Shown in pieces: positions 48,602 through 57,295 of a stretch of 64,000 nt of DNA. The stretch lies in contig JBGOYZ010000002.1 in the NCBI GenBank assembly GCA_041479945.1, positions 7,472-71,471 of the forward strand, given 5' to 3'. The translations under genes and the position numbers were made by a program. The first letter of the stretch is position 1; every line of letters begins with the position of its first letter. The notes under the pieces are model-generated. The model worked only from the letters and a program-made list of their open reading frames with translations. It did no database searches and was not told the DNA's origin. This stretch comes from Thermoproteota archaeon. Its GTDB lineage: Archaea; Thermoproteota; EX4484-205; JAAOZO01.

Positions 48602-50617
48602 TCATTCCACATACTCCAGCTCACCCTGTAGACGGATGTCTCTTGATGAGCTGCCCACGAGAATACCGAACTCGCCTGCCTCGGTGGTCCAGTGACCCGT
48701 CTTCTCATCCCAGAAGGAAAGGTCTTCCTCCGTGAGTGTGAATGTCACAGTCTCCGTCCGTCCGGGGTCTAGGTGCACCTTCTCGAAACCCTTCAGTTCC
48801 TTCAGGGGGCGTTCCACGCTCGAGGTAGAGTCATGCACGTAGAGCTGGACGACCTCTGCACCAGCACGGTCTCCCGCGTTGGTCACATCACCTATTACCT
48901 CCATGCCGCTGATCCTCAGGTTCGCGTAGGCAAACTTGGTGTACGATAGCCCGTGTCCAAACGGGAACAATGGTTCTATGCCTCTCGTGTCGAAATGGCG
49001 ATAGCCAACGAAGACCCCCTCATCGTAGTGGACCTCCTCTGCCCCGGGGAAGGTTCTCTCCGAAGCATGCGCGGGAGAATCCGAGAGCCTTCTCGGAAAC
49101 GTCAGAGGTAGCTTCCCAGAGGGGTTCACGTCGCCGAACAGCACTGCCGCGATTGCACGGCCCGCCTCCTGCCCCGCGTACCAAGCCTCCACCACGGTCG
49201 GCACCCTCTCAAGCCAGCCGTCCATCGTCACTGGGCTACCGTTGATCAAGACCACGACTGTCCTCGGATTCGCTTCCACGGTGCCGTTGATCAGCGCAAC
49301 CTGATCGGGCGGTAGCTCAAGGCTCTTCTTGTCCTCGCCTTCAGTGTCAATCCCTTTGAGCAGACCTTGGGACAGTCCTGCGAAGATGATTGTCACGTCG
49401 GCCTCGGCAGGGTTCCTCACGATTTCGATCTTCTCGCCGCATCGTTCCCTCAGACCATTGAGTGGTGTGACTTCATAGGGCGGCCTGACCATGGAGCTGC
49501 CGCCCTTCAAGCCCATCTTCTTGTCCGCGTTCGGCCCCAGCACTGCGATCCTCTTGACCTCGTCGGTTTTCAATGGCAGTGTGTCACGTTCGTTCTTGAG
49601 CAGGACGATGCCCTCTTCCGCGATCCTCCGGGTCAACGCCTGATGCTCAGGTGTGTTCCGGCTCCCAGCTGGCAGCGTCTTCTCGTCGTCGAAAAGACCT
49701 ACGAGGAACATCACTCTCAACAGGGCGGTCAGGTTTCTATCGAGCGCGTCCTCGCTGAACTTGCCCGCTTCGAATGCTGCCCGCAGTGCCTTCTCACTGT
49801 ACCTGCTGCCTCCGCCCGGCATTTCCAGGCTGAGCCCCGCGTTCACACAGCCTTCAGTGCTAGTCGTTGGGTTTGCCGCGTACCAGTCCGAAACAACGAA
49901 CCCCCTGAAACCCCACTCTTCCCTCAGCCTTTCTGTCAGCAGGTCATGGCTCTCGCAGCAGTAGGTCCCATTGACCTTGTTGTAAGCCCCCATCACCGAC
50001 CATGCATCCGCCTCCCTTATGACCGCCTCGAAGGCCTGCAGGTAGATCTCCCGCAATGCACGCTCACTGACCTGCGAGCTGACCTTCGTGCGATTCGTCT
50101 CTTGGTTGTTGCATGCGAAGTGCTTCACACATGCAGCCACGCGTTGGCTTTGGATCCCCTGCACGACAGCAACCGCCATCTTGCGGTTCAGGTATGGGTC
50201 CTCCGTCTGGTACTCGAATGTCCGCCCGCCTAGCGGAGTTCGATCGATGTTGACCGCGGGGGCGAGAACCATTTGATACCCGATCGAGCGCTCCTCCTGG
50301 GCCAGAGCTGCTCCGAACTGTTTCGAGAGGTCAGGATTCCACGTGGCTGTTCGGCAGATGCTTGCGGGGAAGTACGTGCCCTTCTTGAACACGGATAGAA
50401 TCGCGCCGAGCCCATTGGGACCATCGCTCATCCTAAACCCCTTGATGCCCAGTCGTTCTACAGGTTTCGTCGACCAAAGGTTCTTGCCGGCGCATAGTGA
50501 GAACTTCTCCTCCAAGGTCAATCGTTTCAGCAGGTCAGCTACCCTCTCCTCGATGCCCAACCTCTGGTTCATGAAGGGAAGCCTTGCTAGGTCATCGCGG
50601 GACATTTCCTCGTTCAC
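48602..50617 (-). CDS. Glycoside hydrolase family 3 beta-glucosidase (BglX-type) with C-terminal FnIII-like domain
   Basis: GH3 N-terminal domain KHFACNNQE and catalytic SDW nucleophile region (GFVVSDW). Length 671 aa. Confidence 0.85.
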   Translation of the reverse strand: MNEEMSRDDLARLPFMNQRLGIEERVADLLKRLTLEEKFSLCAGKNLWSTKPVERLGIKGFRMSDGPNGLGAILSVFKKGTYFPASICRTATWNPDLSKQFGAALAQEERSIGYQMVLAPAVNIDRTPLGGRTFEYQTEDPYLNRKMAVAVVQGIQSQRVAACVKHFACNNQETNRTKVSSQVSERALREIYLQAFEAVIREADAWSVMGAYNKVNGTYCCESHDLLTERLREEWGFRGFVVSDWYAANPTTSTEGCVNAGLSLEMPGGGSRYSEKALRAAFEAGKFSEDALDRNLTALLRVMFLVGLFDDEKTLPAGSRNTPEHQALTRRIAEEGIVLLKNERDTLPLKTDEVKRIAVLGPNADKKMGLKGGSSMVRPPYEVTPLNGLRERCGEKIEIVRNPAEADVTIIFAGLSQGLLKGIDTEGEDKKSLELPPDQVALINGTVEANPRTVVVLINGSPVTMDGWLERVPTVVEAWYAGQEAGRAIAAVLFGDVNPSGKLPLTFPRRLSDSPAHASERTFPGAEEVHYDEGVFVGYRHFDTRGIEPLFPFGHGLSYTKFAYANLRISGMEVIGDVTNAGDRAGAEVVQLYVHDSTSSVERPLKELKGFEKVHLDPGRTETVTFTLTEEDLSFWDEKTGHWTTEAGEFGILVGSSSRDIRLQGELEYVE

Positions 50618-50654
50618 GTAGGTCGCTCTACTATCTTAAGGCCTTGGGTGAGTA

Positions 50655-50975
50655 CTACTTGTGTTGACCTTTCCCCACAAGGTCGAGGATTATGGGTATG
50701 CTCAGTTCAGCGGACGAAACCCCCACGGAGAAAGCTAGCAACGCAGCTGCTTCCACTTCTTCCTTCGTTGCTCCGGCCTCGAATGCCTGGCTGACGAAAT
50801 GACGCAGCGCGCCTGCTTCTCGTATGGTCGAGCATATCCCAACATGGATCAGTGCCGCTGTCTTCTTGTCGAGAGCGTTGTTTTTGTTCGCGTGTTTCAT
50901 CATTTCTTGGTAAGCTCTCACAACTTCGGGTTCTTCGTTCTTGAACGCTTCCCAGGGACTGACTCCTTCTTTCAT
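50655..50975 (-). CDS. Carboxymuconolactone decarboxylase (AhpD-like) family protein
   Basis: CMD-family core with conserved HxGxC region (ALIHVGICSTI). Confidence 0.7.
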   Translation of the reverse strand: MKEGVSPWEAFKNEEPEVVRAYQEMMKHANKNNALDKKTAALIHVGICSTIREAGALRHFVSQAFEAGATKEEVEAAALLAFSVGVSSAELSIPIILDLVGKGQHK

Positions 50976-51055
50976 TGTCTTCTCACCGACCCGTTTGCGC
51001 ACTGGACTTATTAGAGTGACGTTTGGTTCCCACGGGAGCTCGCGTGCGTCGCGCG

Positions 51056-51829
51056 TTAGGCGGACAGCCTGTCTTTCACTTTGCCGCCCATCTTCTTGAG
51101 CGCCTCATAGATTGTTACTACGACTCCTAGGATCGCAAACACGATGATGAGGTTAAGGACCTCATGCAGACTCGCTATCACAAAGGCCTGCAGAAGGATC
51201 AATATCCCCCATACGACACCTAGCACGACGACTCCCCCCAGCAGCCTCGTAACGCTCGTGAAGTCTCTCCTGATCTCCGAGATTAGCTTGTCGGGTTCAT
51301 CAGCATATGACAGAAGAGCGACAGAGACTATCGCGAGCGCGGGCACAAGGCCATAGGCCAAAAACTGGCCGGGCAATGCCAAGAACTGCTGATCGACCTC
51401 TGTCGGAGCACCTCTGCTGCTGACGGAGTAGATCCCTGGAGACAGATCCACGTAGGCATTATCGGACTTCGTCTCAACGGTGACACCAGGCGACCTCAGC
51501 TCGAACCGATGCGTCCAGACTGCTCCTGAGCTGTCTGATATCTCGACATCAGTGAATACCACGTTGATCCCCATCACTGCGAACTTGTACGAAACCTCGA
51601 TCACGAGCCGAGGCTCGAAGAGGAAAGATGAGGTCACCGTGAAGGTCTTGGTTTCGTCTTCAAGGGAGTAGTGGGCAGGGTACCGTTCCCACAGTACGAT
51701 TCCGAAAAGGACCGCATCTACAAGCAGGAGAACAACGCCAACCGTGGTGAACGCTCGCGTAGTGCCTGAGGCCGGCGGAGGCGGCAGTGTCTCGCGGCTA
51801 ATCCCCAACGGACAGAAGGGATGCTGCAA
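51056..51829 (-). CDS. Hypothetical membrane protein
   Basis: N-terminal TM helix, beta-rich extracytoplasmic region, 3 C-terminal TM helices. N-terminus contains PPPPASG. The start is uncertain because a TATA-like box sits too close to the annotated start. Confidence 0.4.
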   Translation of the reverse strand: MQHPFCPLGISRETLPPPPASGTTRAFTTVGVVLLLVDAVLFGIVLWERYPAHYSLEDETKTFTVTSSFLFEPRLVIEVSYKFAVMGINVVFTDVEISDSSGAVWTHRFELRSPGVTVETKSDNAYVDLSPGIYSVSSRGAPTEVDQQFLALPGQFLAYGLVPALAIVSVALLSYADEPDKLISEIRRDFTSVTRLLGGVVVLGVVWGILILLQAFVIASLHEVLNLIIVFAILGVVVTIYEALKKMGGKVKDRLSA

Positions 51830-51909
51830 ATTCTACTTATAAGACTTGGCCTAGGACTTCTTACTTCAGCTGAGATTGTGCGTACTGCAGGGGTAGAACA
51901 AAGTGCGTG

Positions 51910-51944
51910 CAATCTGATAAGACCGAGAGTGGAGTATCAGATTG
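51910..51944. repeat. 10-bp inverted repeat CAATCTGATA-N15-TATCAGATTG
   Basis: Perfect inverted repeat between the BNR-protein gene 3' end and the promoter region of the membrane-protein gene. Confidence 0.4.
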
Positions 51945-52005
51945 TGTCTTCAGCCCAAACGCGTGTCACAATCGTGGCACTTTATCGCGCGCGGTTCTCC
52001 CTTGC

Positions 52006-52932
52006 TCATATGGAGACATCGTTCAACGTGACGCCTAGTATAGAGTTCGCTTGGGGATATGCATCTCGAGCGGGCTGGATGCAGTAGCTGAAAGCGATGA
52101 ATGCTCTGTCTCCGAAGGGCATCACCGCCGTATAACCCCCTCCCCCATTTGGAAGGTCAGGGGCCAAGTCGAACGGACCTGTCCAAGCTTCCCCATCGTC
52201 AGCCGAGAGGTAGAACCCCGTGCGCAACCTCACCGGCATCAGTCTGCCGACTGCGACTAGGGCGCCCCCAACGTATGCGAGGACTGGGTGACGGAGGCGG
52301 ATGTTTGCCGGTTTTGACTCTGACCAGGTGAACCCATTGTCCTTGCTGGCCTTCTGGTAGTTCTCCATCGCTCTGTCCAAGTGGCATTGACAGAGGAGGC
52401 TGCCGTCTGGCCGGAAAACTACCGTGGGGTAACACGGATCCTCGTGAAACTCGGATGGCTGGAACACCAGGGATCTCCTCCGCCAGCTTGAGGCGTTGTC
52501 CTCACTCACGTACAGGATGATGCCATCCAGACTGTAGGCGATCATGTACAGAAGTCCGTCCCGCAGGAGAATGTGGGAAGAGGAGCCAAAATGTCCTCTT
52601 GGTCTGATAGGATCCACGTATCCCATGTACTCGTAGCCTTTTCCGTTGTCGGAGCTTATGCAGTATGTGCTGTTCAGCAGGCTTTCAGGATGTGGTAGCT
52701 TCTCATCCGGGCTTGCTCGTTGAATCACAAGGATGATCTTGCCGTCCGCCGTCAGACCAAATGCAGGGTTGCGGGATCCGACTCGCTTGTCGCGTTCATC
52801 GTAGGCGATGCTGTCCTGCCGCCAACTCCTCCCCTGATCACGACTCCGCATCTGATTTATGAAAGAATCCCGTCCCGGGTCGTCTAGGCTGTCTTGGTAC
52901 GCGACCAGCCAGTCCCCGTTGGGAGCTGCCAC
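52006..52932 (-). CDS. BNR/Asp-box repeat protein (sialidase-like beta-propeller)
   Basis: Five Asp-box repeats S-x-D-x-G-x-(T/S)-W: SRDQGRSW, SSDNGKGY, SEDNASSW, SKDNGFTW, SADDGEAW. GTG start. Confidence 0.65.
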   Translation of the reverse strand: MAAPNGDWLVAYQDSLDDPGRDSFINQMRSRDQGRSWRQDSIAYDERDKRVGSRNPAFGLTADGKIILVIQRASPDEKLPHPESLLNSTYCISSDNGKGYEYMGYVDPIRPRGHFGSSSHILLRDGLLYMIAYSLDGIILYVSEDNASSWRRRSLVFQPSEFHEDPCYPTVVFRPDGSLLCQCHLDRAMENYQKASKDNGFTWSESKPANIRLRHPVLAYVGGALVAVGRLMPVRLRTGFYLSADDGEAWTGPFDLAPDLPNGGGGYTAVMPFGDRAFIAFSYCIQPARDAYPQANSILGVTLNDVSI

Positions 52933-53283
52933 AGCTGCCGGACCATGCAGGAATCGTTCAGGCTTGTTATCTATGATAACTCTGGGGCCGAGATTGAACG
53001 AAACCAGTCCTTCTCCACCGAAGATGATATGTCGGGATCCGTATTAAAGAGCGCGCTGAGATCAGGAGCCAGTTCGCCCGACCCGCTGGCCTCTCCCAAG
53101 AAGCAACTGGTGACTGGTGCCCAACAATACTGCGACATTTCCAGCACAGACATAGGCATCGAGGCACTAGCCTTCCTTGCCACTGCTCGTGTCTTGTCTG
53201 TCGCGCTTGGCTTACTGAACCCCTCCCTCCTTCCTGCTGATGTCCTATTGGAGCTACGCCAGTCCAGGCTATCCAGACAAGTC

Positions 53284-53291
53284 TTAAATAT
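53284..53291 (+). promoter_or_regulatory. TATA box TTAAATAT upstream of the DUF5678/retropepsin pair
   Basis: 30 bp upstream of the ATG at 53322. Confidence 0.45.
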
Positions 53292-53321
53292 GGTAAAGCT
53301 CTCCACTCCTTTGAACGCCAA

Positions 53322-53567
53322 ATGAAAGAAACACAACTCTTGGAGCGGTTGGAGAGGGCCCAGAAAGACAGCCAGTGGGTCAGCGAGAGCTATGATGAGC
53401 TTCAGGAGAAGTACGAAGGCAAGGTCTTCGCCGTTAAGGATCAGGGAGTTGTTGAGGCGGCTGAGACCGTGGACGATCTCATGAGCAAGTTACAGGCAAG
53501 AGGAGAGGATCCATCGCTCTTCCTCATCGAAGCCATCCCGCCCAAGGGCATCTCATTCATTCTCTAG
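53322..53567 (+). CDS. DUF5678-like small protein (partner of retropepsin-like protease)
   Basis: 81 aa with pattern W...ELQEKYEGKVFAVKDQGVV...VDDLMSKLQ...P.LFLIE typical of DUF5678. TTAAATAT box 30 bp upstream. Confidence 0.55.
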   Translation: MKETQLLERLERAQKDSQWVSESYDELQEKYEGKVFAVKDQGVVEAAETVDDLMSKLQARGEDPSLFLIEAIPPKGISFIL

Positions 53568-53576
53568 GCGGGTCAG

Positions 53577-54026
53577 ATGACCCACATACCTTGCACTGTC
53601 AGAAGATTCGCAGATGGGTATTTGCCCTTTGTGACATTCAGCATTCTTCAGCCTCCCCTCTATGTCACAATTGACGCGCTTGTGGACACAGGGAGCCCGT
53701 TCACAGTGCTCTCGCCCAAGGATGCACTGAGCACTAGGTTGCCCCTCTCAAGGATGAGGAGCGGCCCGACCATTGGCTTGGCTGGTTGCACATTTTTCCG
53801 TCACAACATCGGAACGGTAGCATTGTATTTCAGGAAGGAGGATGGCAGACTGCTCAGCGTGGAGGTGCCATCCATGAATGTGTTGGTGCCTACGAAGATG
53901 GACAGCAAGACATTGGAACAGGTAGAGGCCATACCGAGCCTTGTTGGGACCGACCTTTTGAAGGACAAAGGGTGGAGCTTGTACTTCAACCCGGGCGCGA
54001 ACCGAGCCTACCTAGAAATCCCTTGA
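53577..54026 (+). CDS. Retropepsin-like aspartic protease
   Basis: Active-site ALVDTGSPFTV (D-T-G) and the downstream hydrophobic-G-T-D-LL (LVGTDLL), analogous to retroviral GRD/N. 9 bp downstream of the DUF5678 gene. Confidence 0.65.
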   Translation: MTHIPCTVRRFADGYLPFVTFSILQPPLYVTIDALVDTGSPFTVLSPKDALSTRLPLSRMRSGPTIGLAGCTFFRHNIGTVALYFRKEDGRLLSVEVPSMNVLVPTKMDSKTLEQVEAIPSLVGTDLLKDKGWSLYFNPGANRAYLEIP

Positions 54027-54136
54027 CCGGCCGTTGAGGCCGAGCTAGCAAGACTCTGAATGAGCCGAAGACTTGACAGAACCCGCCGCCACAAGACTTA
54101 AGAGCTGAATCGAGTTCGTCCATCTAGGAAGAGAGA

Positions 54137-54229
54137 ATGCCAGCAAGCAAGGGAAAGAAGAAGTCAAAGGCAAACGAGCCCTGTGAATGTGGAAGCGGAA
54201 AGAAGACCAAGGACTGTTGCGGTAAGTAG
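54137..54229 (+). CDS. 30-aa SEC-C-motif zinc-binding mini-protein (MPASKGKKKSKANEPCECGSGKKTKDCCGK)
   Basis: Not in the ORF track (<60 aa). ATG preceded by GGAAGAGAGA. Cys spacing C-x-C-x8-C-C matches the SecA C-terminal/YchJ SEC-C metal-binding motif. TAG stop at 54227. Confidence 0.45.
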   Translation: MPASKGKKKSKANEPCECGSGKKTKDCCGK

Positions 54230-54402
54230 AAATAGGGCCTCCTGCAACATTACGAGCGGTCCTTGAGCCTCCGTACTTGTGGTAGTGCACTACGGCACGG
54301 CGCCAAAGATGGGTTTCACACAAGCACTTAGGGAGCCTTAGTTTCTCGTCGGTCATCTCTGAAGTGCGACCGATGGTAGATCTCTACAGTCCTTGCCCCG
54401 CG

Positions 54403-54993
54403 CTATGGCGGGGGAGGGAGACCCGGTGGAGGCGGTGGGGGGAAGCCCTGCTCGAATGTGGACCCAGTGCTCACTGGCCTGATTGGGCGGGACCTGCCAA
54501 AACCAACCAGTTTCTCTCCCAAAACACTCCTAAGCACGTTCATGTCCTGAGGGTCTGCGTCGAAGTTGAAGGAATAGTCGCCCTGCGGTGTCACTAGATC
54601 GAGAACGTAATAGTCCACTCCTATGCTTGAGTCCTCGTCAGGCTCCTCCTGCTTGTGCTCCACCGCGGCTACAGATACGCTCGATATTTCCACGGCTAGG
54701 TTTCCCGGAGTCTCGACGATGATCTGATCTGGAGTCATGCCCCAGTACTTGTTTGTGTATTCGATGATATCACCTGCAGTCAAGACTTTTCCGGCGAGCA
54801 GTCCTCCGAACAATCCTTTCTTTCCTTGCTGTGCTCTGATTTTTGACTGAACTTTGATTTCTTCCATCATCTGAGCTGTCAACTGGGCCACGATCAATCG
54901 CCGGTCGGTTGCGATTAGCGTGTACTGATGCGACCTGGCATAGCCAGCTGATTTCGAAAGGTGCGGAACTATCCCCGCTATCCTCTCTTCCAT
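54403..54993 (-). CDS. PH-domain-like hypothetical protein ending in C-terminal oligoproline tail (GFPPPPPPGLPPPP-stop)
   Basis: N-terminal YTLIATDRRLIV...KKGLFGG resembles bacterial PH/GRAM-like domains. ATG with a TATA-like CATAATAG about 30 bp upstream. Confidence 0.5.
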   Translation of the reverse strand: MEERIAGIVPHLSKSAGYARSHQYTLIATDRRLIVAQLTAQMMEEIKVQSKIRAQQGKKGLFGGLLAGKVLTAGDIIEYTNKYWGMTPDQIIVETPGNLAVEISSVSVAAVEHKQEEPDEDSSIGVDYYVLDLVTPQGDYSFNFDADPQDMNVLRSVLGEKLVGFGRSRPIRPVSTGSTFEQGFPPPPPPGLPPPP

Positions 54994-55139
54994 GAAGGCG
55001 GCTTGTTAGTGCAGTGCTATTATGCCTTCACACTGACGCGTTCCCTAGGTGGATCCAGAATCCGAGAGAACCCTCACTACGATGACTCTGTGGTCATTCC
55101 TTTGGGCATATATATCCCAGTCGGACTACGGTACAATCG

Positions 55140-56183
55140 GTGGAGATCGGATTGGGGGAAAAGCTACGAGTTGGATTGGTTGGAGTTGCGCATCCGCATG
55201 TCTGGGAGATCCTCACATCACTCAGGGAGGGCAACCTCGGGACTCTTTGTGCTGCATCACTGGACGAGCCAACGCGGGATTCTGATAGGGAAAGGTTGGA
55301 GAGAGAACACAACCTTACCAAGACATACAGTGACTATCGTGAGATGTTGGATAAGGAGGACATCGATGTGGTCTTCAACTACACTGACCACATCCTCCGC
55401 GCTCCAGTGACTGAGTTGGCCACATCGAAAGGTCTGCACGTCATGGTGGAGAAGCCAATGGCTTACGGCCTGAAAGATGCAGAGGGAATGCTTGAAGCTG
55501 CTGAGAAGTACAAAGTCAAGCTCATGGTAAACTGGCCCACCGTGTGGTCCGCGGCCTACAGGAAGACCCGTGAGTTGATTGAGAACGGGGTTATTGGTCG
55601 GATCTTCCACATAAGGACACGGGTGGGCCACAACTCATGCGAGAGGGAGAACTACGCGGGCTCTTGCTTTCAGTGGATGGGACAGAACGAAGCAGCGGGA
55701 GCATACTTGGACTTCTGCTGCTACGGTGTTGCGCTAGCAGTGTCGTTGATGGGAATGCCGAAACGCGTGTTCGGGACCGCTGGCAACTTCGTCAAGGATT
55801 TCATTCCGAGCTATGACAATGGGATAGTGGTCATGATGTACGACAGAGGCACGGCGACGATAGAAGGTACTTGGAGTCAGATAGGAAGAATTCCCGTGGA
55901 TCCTGTGATCTACGGCACCAAAGGATCGATCTTACTCGGGTCGCAAAAGGCTACGGTTTTCACCAAGGAAAAGCAGGACGGGGAAGATATAGAGGTAGGA
56001 CCTTTGCCTCAAGGCGGGAGGAACGCCGCAGAGTATTTCTTGACTAGGATCAGAGAGGACAAACCCATAGAATGGATGTGTGACCCGAAGTTCTCAAGGG
56101 ACGTCCAAGAAGTCCTTGAGGCGGGCTTGATCTCACACAGGAACGGAGAAGTGACCTCGGTTCCCTTGGGTAAGGAACGATGA
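55140..56183 (+). CDS. Gfo/Idh/MocA-family oxidoreductase
   Basis: Rossmann N-terminus LRVGLVGVAHPH, EKP motif (MVEKPMA), C-terminal alpha/beta domain. Confidence 0.8.
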   Translation: MEIGLGEKLRVGLVGVAHPHVWEILTSLREGNLGTLCAASLDEPTRDSDRERLEREHNLTKTYSDYREMLDKEDIDVVFNYTDHILRAPVTELATSKGLHVMVEKPMAYGLKDAEGMLEAAEKYKVKLMVNWPTVWSAAYRKTRELIENGVIGRIFHIRTRVGHNSCERENYAGSCFQWMGQNEAAGAYLDFCCYGVALAVSLMGMPKRVFGTAGNFVKDFIPSYDNGIVVMMYDRGTATIEGTWSQIGRIPVDPVIYGTKGSILLGSQKATVFTKEKQDGEDIEVGPLPQGGRNAAEYFLTRIREDKPIEWMCDPKFSRDVQEVLEAGLISHRNGEVTSVPLGKER

Positions 56184-56360
56184 AGAGCAGTAGTACTGGC
56201 GACTGACTGATGGTTTCAGCACGACCCAAGCAGGGACAAGTAATGGCTGAGATCAGTGGGTTGGTGAAGGAACTCGGGCGCGAACCGCTATCGGAATGTC
56301 CTTGGATCTCTGAGATTCTGACAGAATGTAGATGTCAGCCAGCAACCATGCTGCAGCTTT

Positions 56361-57191
56361 TCATCTCGGGGTCTCTCCAAGTCGGTAGTGGAAAATGCCA
56401 TTTGCTTTGGCAAACGGCGGGAGAAACCGTGTCCATCGAGTAATGGCTATGCGCGGCTCAGGGTGGTCGAGGAAGAACCACTCGTCCAGCAGACGGATAC
56501 CGTCGCCCCAACTCTCGAGATCTTTGCCGTGTTTCAGTCCCCAGTGATAACGGGCTCTGATCCTAGTTGTGGCCATCCTGCGGTTGTTCGCCCAGACTAC
56601 GCTCGGCACCACTGCGTCAAAGACCAATTCCGCGCCCGGGAAGTGCTCCCGCAACGTCAGCACCAGTGACTTGGCCTGTGCCTCTTCAAAGTACATCAGA
56701 ACTCCCTCGGCCAGGAAGAGGAAAGGGCGTTGGCGATGGACGCTCACAGTCTTCAGCCACGTGCTGTCGAACACCGAACAACTCAGTAGATGGTAGCGAG
56801 CCCCTTCGCCGCCGATGAGCTTCTTGCGCAGTTCAACTGCTTCCGGCAGATCGAGGTCATACCACTCCACCTTGCCATTGTCCACCCGCTCAAAGCGCGT
56901 GTCAAGGCCGCATCCAATATGGACAACTACAGCCTCCGGATGGCGATTCAGAAAATCCCGCGTGTGGCGGTCGAATTCTCGCGTACGCAGGGCAGCAGAT
57001 GCTTGGTCGGTCTCATCAAAAAACTTGAGTTGGGAGAAGTCATAGTCTATCCGTTGGACCAACGCGACGGCTCTGTCGTCTTTGAAAATGGCATCGGGTC
57101 GCTGCGATTCAATGGCTCGGACGTAGAGTGGGAAGAGCAACGTTTCAGCCACGTCGCTCAGCCTTTGAAGAGTGATCTTGGCCACGCTCAT
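56361..57191 (-). CDS. Class I SAM-dependent methyltransferase, leucine carboxyl methyltransferase (LCM/TcmP-like) family
   Basis: LCM-family SAM motif VVVHIGCGLDTRFERV and acidic motif YDLDLPE. Confidence 0.65.
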   Translation of the reverse strand: MSVAKITLQRLSDVAETLLFPLYVRAIESQRPDAIFKDDRAVALVQRIDYDFSQLKFFDETDQASAALRTREFDRHTRDFLNRHPEAVVVHIGCGLDTRFERVDNGKVEWYDLDLPEAVELRKKLIGGEGARYHLLSCSVFDSTWLKTVSVHRQRPFLFLAEGVLMYFEEAQAKSLVLTLREHFPGAELVFDAVVPSVVWANNRRMATTRIRARYHWGLKHGKDLESWGDGIRLLDEWFFLDHPEPRIAITRWTRFLPPFAKANGIFHYRLGETPR

Positions 57192-57295
57192 GTTCCCTAA
57201 GGTTCACGGCGGAACTTGCTTAAATCAATAACGATTCCCTTAGACAGGGAACGATGGGGAACGACCCTGCGGTGGAGCATGTGTGACCGGGCTCT

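Noticed and set aside
52933-53046. Possible N-terminal extension of the BNR protein upstream of its GTG start
   Set aside because: In-frame upstream sequence has no ATG/GTG/TTG before an in-frame stop at 53044..53046. The protein either starts at the GTG (52932) or is N-terminally truncated, and cannot be extended.
54045-54356. 103-aa minus-strand ORF between the protease gene and the PH-like gene
   Set aside because: No family resemblance, odd composition, and it runs antisense across the better-supported 30-aa SEC-C mini-ORF and its RBS. Judged spurious.
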